Below are positions 1 to 9,800 of a stretch of DNA of 64,000 bases, in pieces. Source of the DNA: Antedon mediterranea (taxonomy: Eukaryota; Animalia; Echinodermata); the NCBI RefSeq assembly GCF_964355755.1, contig NC_092670.1, positions 27,826,388 through 27,890,387 of the forward strand, read 5' to 3'. Below the pieces are notes generated by a model. It saw only the letters and a program-made list of their open reading frames with translations, was not told the DNA's origin and did not search any database. Position 1 is the first letter of the stretch; each line of letters starts with the position of its first letter. Position numbers and translations under genes: made by a program.

Positions 1-88
1 AGCAATTTGGTGTTTTTATGTTAACAAGTTTTTTCGAAAATCACAAAATGGTCTAAAACGTCTCCAAATGCGATTTGAAGCTATTCTG

Positions 89-175
89 TACACTTTGCTG
101 TTTTGTGAGAATAATTTTTGTCGAAATGCTCAAAATGGTCAAAAACGTTTTTAAATACGATATTAAGCTATTTTG
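89..175 (+). repeat. Representative diverged monomer B (87 bp), always followed by C
   Basis: TACACTTTGCTGTTTTGTG(T/A)GAATAATTTTTGTCGAAATGCTCAAAATGGTCAAAAACGTTTTTAAATACGATATTAAGCTATTTTG is colinear with A, with many substitutions and a 1-bp deletion. Recurs at 869, 1737, 2595, 3284 and onward. Confidence 0.95.
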
Positions 176-252
176 TGCTCTTTGATGTTTTTGTGTGAAA
201 AGTTTTATCGAAATGCTCAAAATGGTCTAAAACGGTTTCTAATGTGATTTTA
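176..252 (+). repeat. Representative diverged, shortened monomer C (77 bp), always preceded by B
   Basis: TGCTCTTTGATGTTTTTGTGTGAAAAGTTTTATCGAAATGCTCAAAATGGTCTAAAACGGTTTCTAATGTGATTTTA aligns to A with a 1-bp deletion and a 10-bp deletion (AAGCTATTCT). Confidence 0.95.
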
Positions 253-604
253 AGCACTTTGGTGTTTTTATGTTAACAAGTTTTTTCGAAAATCACAAAA
301 TGGTCTAAAACGTCTCCAAATGTGATTTGAAGCTATTCTAAACACTTTGGTGTTTTTATGTTAACAAGTTTTTTCGAAAATCACAAATTGGTCTAAAACG
401 TCTCCAAATGCGATTTGAAGCTATTTTAAGCACTTTGGTGTTTTTGTGTAACCAAGTTTTTTCGAAAATCACAAAAGGGTCTAAAATGTCTCAAAATGCG
501 ATTTGAAGCTATTCTGTACACTTTGATGTTTTTTTGTTAACAAGTTTTTTCGAAAGTCACAAAATGGTCTAAAAAGTCTCCAAATGCGATTTGAAGCTAT
601 TCTA
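253..604 (+). repeat. Conserved ordered cassette of A-subtype monomers (recurring higher-order module)
   Basis: The marker order AATGTGATT / AACAC...AATTGGTC...CTATTTTA / GTGTAACC...AAGGGTC...ATGTCTCAAAA...CTG / TACACTTTGATG recurs at about 6.1, 6.9, 8.6, 10.3, 12.5, 15.2, 17.5, 22.6 and 23.4 kb and further on. Confidence 0.88.
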
Positions 605-1296
605 AGCACTTTGGTGTTTTTATGTTAACAAGTTTTATCGAAAATCACAAAATGGTGTAAAACGTCTCCAAATGCGATTTGAAGCTATTCTAAGCACTTT
701 GGTGTTTTTATGTTAACAAGTTTTTTCGAAAATCACAAAATGGTGTAAAACGTCTCCAAATGCGATTTTAAGCTATTCTAAGCAATTTGGTGTTTTTATG
801 TTAACAAGTTTTTTCGAAAATCACAAAATGGTCTAAAACGTCTCCAAATGCGATTTGAAGCTATTCTGTACACTTTGCTGTTTTGTGAGAATAATTTTTG
901 TCGAAATGCTCAAAATGGTCAAAAACGTTTTTAAATACGATATTAAGCTATTTTGTGCTCTTTGATGTTTTTGTGTGAAAAGTTTTATCGAAATGCTCAA
1001 AATGGTCTAAAACGGTTTCTAATGTGATTTTAAGCACTTTGATGTTTCTATGTTAACAACTTTTTTAGAAAATTACAAAATGGTGTAAAACGTCTCCAAA
1101 TGCGATTTGAAGCTATTCTAAGCAATTTCGTGTTTTTATGTTAACAAGTTTTTTCGAAAATCACAAAATGGTCTAAAACGTCTGCAAATGCGATTTGAAG
1201 CTATTCTAAGCACTTTTGTGTTTTTATGTTAACAAGTTTTTTCGAAAATCACAAAATGGTCTAAAATGTCTCCAAATGCGATTTTAAGGTATTCTA

Positions 1297-1384
1297 AGCA
1301 CTTTGGTGTTTTTATGTTAACAAGTTTTTTCGAAAATCACAAAATGGTCTAAAACGTCTCCAAATGCGATTTGAAGCTATTCTA
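1297..1384 (+). repeat. Representative consensus monomer A (88 bp)
   Basis: Read directly; the next AGCACTTTGG starts at 1385. Contains the palindromes TGTTAACA, TTTTCGAAAA and AGCT, and three CpGs. Confidence 0.97.
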
Positions 1385-2076
1385 AGCACTTTGGTGTTTT
1401 TATGTTAACAAGTTTTTTCGAAAATCACAAAATGGTGTAAAACTTCTCCAAATACGATTTTAAGCTATTCTAAGCAATTTGGTGTTTTTATGTTAACAAG
1501 TTTTTTCGAAAATCACAAAATGGTATAAAACGTCTCCAAATACGATTTGAAGCAATTCTAAGCACTTTGGTGTTTTTATGTTAACAAGTTTTTTCGAAAA
1601 TCACAAAATGGTATAAAACGTCTCCAAATGCGATTTTAAGGTATTCTAAGCACTTTGGTGTTTTTATGTTAACAAGTTTTTTCGAAAATCACAAAATGGT
1701 CTAAAACGTCTCCAAATGCGATTTGAAGCTATTCTGTACACTTTGCTGTTTTGTGTGAATAATTTTTGTCGAAATGCTCAAAATGGTCAAAAACGTTTTT
1801 AAATACGATATTAAGCTATTTTGTGCTCTTTGATGTTTTTGTGTGAAAAGTTTTATCGAAATGCTCAAAATGGTCTAAAACGGTTTCTAATGTGATTTTA
1901 AGCACTTTGATGTTTTTATGTTAACAAGTTTTTTCGAAAATTACAAAATGGTATAAAACGTCTCCAAATGCGATTTGAAGATTTTCTAAGCACTTTGGTG
2001 TTTTTATGTTTACAAGTTTTTTCGAAAATCACAAAATGGTCTAAAACGTCTCCAAATGCGATTTGAAGCTATTCTG

Positions 2077-2242
2077 TACACTTTGCTGTTTTGTGTGAAT
2101 AATTTTGTCAAAATGCTCAAAATGGTCAAAAACGTTTTTAAATACTATATTAAGCTATTTTGTGTTCTTTGATGTTTTTGTGTGAAAAGTTTTATCGAAA
2201 TGCTCAAAATGGTCTAAAACGGTTTCTAATGAAATGATTTTA
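2077..2242 (+). repeat. Variant dimer B'C' (166 bp; B -1 T, C +AAA)
   Basis: Linked markers AATAATTTTGTCAAAATG, CTAATGAAATGATT and a following AGAACTTT. The insertion is seen near 2231, 4130, 19136, 21038, 36782, 46815, 51740, 53918, 55820, 60745 and 63616. Confidence 0.9.
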
Positions 2243-5200
2243 AGAACTTTGATGTTTTTATGTTAACAACTTTTTTAGAAAATCACAAAATGGTCTAAAA
2301 CGTCTACAAATGCGATTTGAAGCTATTCTAAGCACTTTGGTGTTTTTATGTTAACAAGTTTTTTCGAAAATCACAAAATGGTATAAAACGTCTCCAAATG
2401 AGATTTTAAGGTATTCTAAGCACTTTGGTGTTTTTATGTTAACAAGTTTTTTCGAAAATCACAAAATGGTCTAAAACGTCTACAAATGCGATTTGAAGCT
2501 ATTCTAAGCACTTTGGTGTTTTTATGTTAACAAGTTTTTTCGAAAATCACAAAATGGTCTAAAACGTCTCCAAATGCGATTTGAAGCTATTCTGTACACT
2601 TTGCTGTTTTGTGTGAATAATTTTTGTCGAAATGCTCAAAATGGTCAAAAACGTTTTTAAATACAATATTAAGCTATTTTGTGCTCTTTGATGTTTTTGT
2701 GTGAAAAGTTTTATCGAAATGCTCAAAATGGTCTAAAACGGTTTCTAATGTGATTTTAAGCACTTTGATGTTTTTATGTTAACTTTTTTAGAAAATCACA
2801 AAATGGTCTAAAACGTCTCCAAATGCGATTTGAAGCAATTCTAAGCACTTTGGTGTTTTTATGGTAACGAGTTTTTTTGAATATCACAAAATGGTCTAAA
2901 ATGTCTCCAAATGCGATTTGAAGCTATTCTGTACACTTTGATGTTTTTTTGTTAACAAGTTTTTTCGAAAGTCACAAAATGGTCTAAAACGTCTCCAAAT
3001 GCGATTTGAAGCTATTCTAAGCACTTTGGTGTTTATATGTTAACAAGTTTTTTCGAAAATCACAAAATGGTGTAAAACGTCTCCAAATGCGATTTGAAGC
3101 TATTCTAAGCACTTTGGTGTTTTTATGTTAACAAGTTTTTTCGAAAATCACAAAATGGTGTAAAACTTCTCCAAATACGATTTTAAGCTATTCTAAGCAA
3201 TTTGGTGTTTTTATGTTAACAAGTTTTTTCGAAAATCACAAAATGGTCTAAAACGTCTCCAAATGCGATTTGAAGCTATTCTGTACACTTTGCTGTTTTG
3301 TGTGAATAATTTTTGTTGAAATGCTCAAAATGGTCAAAAACGTTTTTAAATACGATAATAAGCTATTTTGTGCTCTTTGATGTTTTTGTGTGAAAAGTTT
3401 TATCGAAATGCTCAAAATGGTCTAAAACGGTTTCTAATGTGATTTTAAGCACTTTGATGTTTTTATGTTAACAACTTTTTTAGAAAATTACAAAATGGTG
3501 TAAAACGTCTCCAAATGCGATTTGAAGCTATTCTAAGCAATTTCGTGTTTTTATGTTAACAAGTTTTTTCGAAAATCACAAAATGGTCTAAAACGTCTCC
3601 AAATGCGATTTGAAGCTATTCTAAGCACTTTTGTGTTTTTATGTTAACAAGTTTTTTCGAAAATCACAAAATGGTCTAAAATGTCTCCAAATGCGATTTT
3701 AAGGTATTCTAAGCACTTTGGTGTTTTTATGTTAACAAGTTTTTTCGAAAATCACAAAATGGTCTAAAACGTCTACAAATGCGATTTGAAGCTATTCTAA
3801 GCACTTTGGTGTTTTTATGTTAACAAGTTTTTTCGAAAATTACAAAATGGTATAAAACGTCTCCAAATGCGATTTGAAGATTTTCTAAGGACTTTGGTGT
3901 TTTTATGTTTACAAGTTTTTTCGAAAATCACAAAATGGTCTAAAACGTCTCCAAATGCGATTTGAAGCTATTCTGTACACTTTGCTGTTTTGTGTGAATA
4001 ATTTTGTCAAAATGCTCAAAATGGTCAAAAACGTTTTTAAATACTATATTAAGCTATTTTGTGTTCTTTGATGTTTTTGTGTGAAAAGTTTTATCGAAAT
4101 GCTCAAAATGGTCTAAAACGGTTTCTAATGAAATGATTATAAGAACTTTGATGTTTTTATGTTAACAACTTTTTTAGAAAATCACAAAATGGTCTAAAAC
4201 GTCTCCAAATGCGATTTGAAGCAATTCTAAGCACTTTGGTGTTTTTATGTTAACAAGTTTTTTCGAAAATCACAAAATGGTATAAAACCTCTCCAAATGC
4301 GATTTTAAGGTATTCTAAGCACTTTGGTGTTTTTATGTTAACAAGTTTTTTCGAAAATCACAAAATGGTCTAAAACGTCTACAAATGCGATTTGAAGCTA
4401 TTCTAAGCACTTTGGTGTTTTTATGTTAACAAGTTTTTTCGAAAATCACAAAATGGTATAAAACGTCTCCAAATGAGATTTTAAGGTATTCTAAGCACTT
4501 TGGTGTTTTTATGTTAACAAGTTTTTTCGAAAATCACAAAATGGTCTAAAACGTCTCCAAATGCGATTTGAAGCTATTCTGTACACTTTGCTGTTTTGTG
4601 TGAATAATTTTTGTTGAAATGCTCAAAATGGTCAAAAACGTTTTTAAATACTATATTAAGCTATTTTGTGTTCTTTGATGTTTTTGTGTGAAAAGTTTTA
4701 TCGAAATGCTCAAAATGGTCTAAAACAGTTTCTAATGTGATTTTAAGCACTTTGATGTTTTTATGTTAACAACTTTTTTAGAAAATCACAAAATGGTCTA
4801 AAACGTCTCCAAATGCGATTTGAAGCAATTCTAAGCACTTTGGTGTTTTTATGTTAACAAGTTTTTTCGAAAATCACAAAATGGTATAAAACGTCTCCAA
4901 ATGCGATTTGAAGCAATTCTAAGCACTTTGGTGTTTTTATGTTAACAAGTTTTTTCGAAAATCACAAAATGGTATAAAACGTCTCCAAATGCGATTTTAA
5001 GGTATTCTAAGCACTTTGGTGTTTTTATGTTAACAAGTTTTTTCGAAAATCACAAAATGGTCTAAAACGTCTCCAAATGCGATTTGAAGCTATTCTGTAC
5101 ACTTTGCTGTTTTGTGTGAATAATTTTTGTCGAAATGCTCAAAATGGTCAAAAACGTTTTTAAATACGATATTAAGCTATTTTGTGCTCTTTGATGTTTT

Positions 5201-6899
5201 TGTGTGAAAAGTTTTATCGAAATGCTCAAAATGGTCTAAAACGGTTTCTAATGTGATTTTAAGCACTTTGATGTTTTTATGTTAACAACTTTTTTAGAAA
5301 ATCACAAAATGGTCTAAAACGTCTCCAAATGCGATTTGAAGCAATTCTAAGCACTTTGGTGTTTTTATGGTAACGAGTTTTTTTGAATATCACAAAATGG
5401 TCTAAAATGTCTCCAAATGCGATTTGAAGCTAATCTGTACACTTTGATGTTTTTTTGTTAACAAGTTTTTTCGAAAGTCACAAAATGGTCTAAAACGTCT
5501 CCAAATGCGATTTGAAGCTATTCTAAGCACTTTGGTGTTTTTATGTTAACAAGTTTTTTCGAAAATCACAAAATGGTGTAAAACGTCTCCAAATGCGATT
5601 TGAAGCTATTCTAAGCACTTTGGTGTTTTTATGTTAACAAGTTTTTTCGAAAATCACAAAATGGTGTAAAACTTCTCCAAATACGATTTTAAGCTATTCT
5701 AAGCAATTTGGTGTTTTTATGTTAACAAGTTTTTTCGAAAATCACAAAATGGTCTAAAACGTCTCCAAATGCGATTTGAAGCTATTCTGTACACTTTGCT
5801 GTTTTGTGTGAATAATTTTTGTTGAAATGCTCAAAATGGTCAAAAACGTTTTTAAATACTATATTAAGCTATTTTGTGTTCTTTGATGTTTTTGTGTGAA
5901 AAGTTTTATCGAAATGCTCAAAATGGTCTAAAACGGTTTCTAATGTGATTTTAAGCACTTTGATGTTTTTATGTTAACAACTTTTTTAGAAAATCACAAA
6001 ATGGTCTAAAACGTCTCCAAATGCGATTTGAAGCTATTCTAAGCACTTTGGTGTTTTTATGGTAACGAGTTTTTTTGAATATCACAAAATGGTCTAAAAT
6101 GTCTCCAAATGCGATTTGAAGCTTTTCTAAGCACTTTGGTGTTTTTATGTTAACAAGTTTTTTCGAAAATCACAAAATGGTCTAAAACGTCTCCAAATGT
6201 GATTTGAAGCTATTCTAAACACTTTGGTGTTTTTATGTTAACAAGTTTTTTCGAAAATCACAAATTGGTCTAAAACGTCTCCAAATGCGATTTGAAGCTA
6301 GTTTAAGCACTTTGGTGTTTTTGTGTAACCAAGTTTTTTCGAAAATCACAAAAGGGTCTAAAATGTCTCAAAATGCGATTTGAAGCTATTCTGTACACTT
6401 TGATGTTTTTTTTGTTAACAAGTTTTTTCGAAAGTCACAAAATGGTCTAAAACGTCTCCAAATGCGATTTGAAGCTATTCTAAGCACTTTGGTGTTTTTA
6501 TGTTAACAAGTTTTTTCGAAAATCACAAAATGGTGTAAAACGTCTCCAAATGCGATTTGAAGCTATTCTAAGCAATTTGGTGTTTTTATGTTAACAAGTT
6601 TTTTCGAAAATCACAAAATGGTGTAAAACGTCTCCAAATGCGATTTTAAGCTATTCTAAGCAATTTGGTGTTTTTTTATGTTAACAAGTTTTTTCGAAAA
6701 TCACAAAATGGTCTAAAACGTCTCCAAATGCGATTTGTAGCTATTCTGTACACTTTGCTGTTTTGTGAGAATATTTTTTGTCGAAATGCTCAAAATGGTC
6801 AAAAACGTTTTTAAATACGATATTAAGCTATTTTGTGCTCTTTGATGTTTTTGTGTGAAAAGTTTTATCGAAATGCTCAAAATGGTCTAAAACGGTTTC

Positions 6900-9800
6900 T
6901 AATGTGATTTTAAGCACTTTGGTGTTTTTATGTTAACAAGTTTTTTCGAAAATCACAAAGTGGTCTAAAACGTCTCCAAATGTGATTTGAAGCTATTCTA
7001 AACACTTTGGTGTTTTTATGTTAACAAGTTTTTTCGAAAATCACAAATTGGTCTAAAACGTCTCCAAATGCGATTTGAAGCTATTTTAAGCACTTTGGTG
7101 TTTTTGTGTAACCAAGTTTTTTCGAAAATCACAAAAGGGTCTAAAATGTCTCAAAATGCGATTTGAAGCTATTCTGTACACTTTGATGTTTTTTTGTTAA
7201 CAAGTTTTTTCGAAAGTCACAAAATGGTCTAAAACGTCTCCAAATGCGATTTGAAGCTATTCTAAGCACTTTGCTGTTTTGTGTGAATAATTTTTGTCGA
7301 AATGCTCAAAATGGTCAAAAACGTTTTTAAATACGATATTAAGCTATTTTGTGCTCTTTGATGTTTTTGTGTGAAAAGTTTTATCGAAATGCTCAAAATG
7401 GTCTAAAACGGTTTCTAATGTGATTTTAAGCACTTTGATGTTTTTATGTTAACAACTTTTTTAGAAAATCACAAAATGGTCTAAAACGTCTCCAAATGCG
7501 ATTTGAAGCAATTCTAAGCACTTTGGTGTTTTTATGGTAACGAGTTTTTTTGAATATCACAAAATGGTCTAAAATGTCTCCAAATGCGATTTGAAGCTTT
7601 TCTAAGCACTTTGGTGTTTTTATGTTAACAAGTTTTTTCGAAAATCACAAAATGGTCTAAAACGTCTCCAAATGCGATTTGAAGCTATTCTGTACACTTT
7701 GCTGTTTTGTGTGAATAATTTTTGTCGAAATGCTCAAAATGGTCAAAAACGTTTTTAAATACGATATTAAGCTATTTTGTGCTCTTTGATGTTTTTGTGT
7801 GAAAAGTTTTATCGAAATGCTCAAAATGGTCTAAAACGGTTTCTAATGTGATTTTAAGCACTTTGATGTTTTTATGTTAACAACTTTTTTAGAAAATTAC
7901 AAAATGGTGTAAAACGTCTCCAAATGCGATTTGAAGCTATTCTAAGCAATTTGGTGTTTTTATGTTAACAAGTTTTTTCGAAAATCACAAAATGGTCTAA
8001 AACGTCTCCAAATGCGATTTGAAGCTATTCTAAGCACTTTTGTGTTTTTATGTTAACAAGTTTTTTCGAAAATCACAAAATGGTCTAAAATGTCTCCAAA
8101 TGCGATTTGAAGCTTTTCTAAGCACTTTTGTGTTTTTATGTTTACAAGTTTTTTCGAAAATCACAAAATGGTCTAAAACGTCTCCAAATGCGATTTGAAG
8201 CTATTCTGTACACTTTGCTGTTTTGTGTGAATAATTTTTGTCAAAATGCTCAAAATGGTCAAAAACGTTTTTAAATACTATATTAAGCTATTTTGTGTTC
8301 TTTGATGTTTTTATGTGAAAAGTTTTATCAAAATGCTCAAAATGGTCTAAAACGGTTTCTAATGTGATTTTAAGAACTTTGATGTTTTTATGTTAAAAAC
8401 TTTTTTAGAAAATCACAAAATGGTCTAAAACGTCTCCAAATGCGATTTGAAGCAATTCTAAGCACTTTGGTGTTTTTATGTTAACATGTTTTTTCGAAAA
8501 TCACAAAATGGTCTACAACGTCTCCAAATGCGATTTGAAGATATTCTAAGCACTTTGGTGTTTTTATGTTAACAAGTTTTTTCGAAAATCACAAAGTGGT
8601 ATAAAACGTCTCCAAATGCGATTTTAAGGTATTCTAAGCACTTTGGTGTTTTTATGTTAACAAGTTTTTTCGAAAATCACAAAATGGTCTAAAACGTCTC
8701 CAAATGTGATTTGAAGCTATTCTAAACACTTTGGTGTTTTTATGTTAACAAGTTTTTTCGAAAATCACAAATTGGTCTAAAACGTCTCCAAATGCGATTT
8801 GAAGCTATTTTAAGCACTTTGGTGTTTTTGTGTAACCAAGTTTTTTCGAAAATCACAAAAGGGTCTAAAATGTCTCAAAATGCGATTTGAAGCTATTCTG
8901 TACACTTTGATGTTTTTATGTTAACAACTTTTTTAGAAAATCACAAAATGGTCTAAAACGTCTCCAAATGCGATTTGAAGCAATTCTAAGCACTTTGGTG
9001 TTTTTATGGTAACGAGTTTTTTTGAATATCACAAAATGGTCTAAAATGTCTCCAAATGCGATTTGAAGCTTTTCTAAGCACTTTGGTGTTTTTATGTTAA
9101 CAAGTTTTTTCGAAAATCACAAAATGGTCTAAAACGTCTCCAAATGCGATTTGAAGCTATTCTGTACACTTTGCTGTTTTGTGTGAATAATTTTTGTCGA
9201 AATGCTCAAAATGGTCAAAAACGTTTTTAAATACGATATTAAGCTATTTTGTGCTCTTTGATGTTTTTGTGTGAAAAGTTTTATCGAAATGCTCAAAATG
9301 GTCTAAAACGGTTTCTAATGTGATTTTAAGCACTTTGATGTTTTTATGTTAACAACTTTTTTCGAAAATCACAAAATGGTCTAAAACGTCTCCAAATGCG
9401 ATTTGAAGCTATTCTAAGCACTTTGGTGTTTTTATGTTAACAAGTTTTTTCGAAAATCACAAAATGGTGTAAAACGTCTCCAAATGCGATTTGAAGCTAT
9501 TCTAAGCAATTTTGTGTTTTTATGTTAACAAGTTTTTTCGAAAATCACAAAATGGTCTAAAACGTCTCCAAATGCGATTTGAAGCTATTCTAAGCACTTT
9601 TGTGTTTTTATGTTAACAAGTTTTTTCGAAAATCACAAAATGGTCTAAAATGTCTCAAAATGCTATTTGAAGCTATTCTGTACACTTTGCTGTTTTGTGT
9701 GAATAATTTTTGTCAAAATGCTCAAAATGGTCAAAAACGTTTTTAAATACTATATTAAGCTATTTTGTGTTCTTTGATGTTTTTGTGTGAAAAGTTTTTT

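Noticed and set aside
141-175. Promoter or terminator-like elements (palindrome plus T-tracts, TATATTAA)
   Set aside because: Expected by chance in AT-rich repeats. There is no GC-rich stem and no gene to regulate.
1-780. A fixed 780-bp (9-mer) higher-order repeat
   Set aside because: The match between positions 1 and 781 lasts only about 260 bp, and later dimer spacings differ (868, 340, 518, 689, 692).
1325-1345. CENP-B box at TTCG
   Set aside because: The canonical core is TTCG-N4-A-N2-CGGG. Here TTCGAAAATCACAAAA matches only the TTCG.
6405-6680. Homopolymer length changes as sequencing errors
   Set aside because: The +1 T and +2 T variants recur in the paralogues at about 22.9/23.15, 38.6/38.9, 48.7/48.9 and 57.7/57.9 kb, so they are real inherited variants. 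Singletons near 25200 and 62625 remain uncertain.
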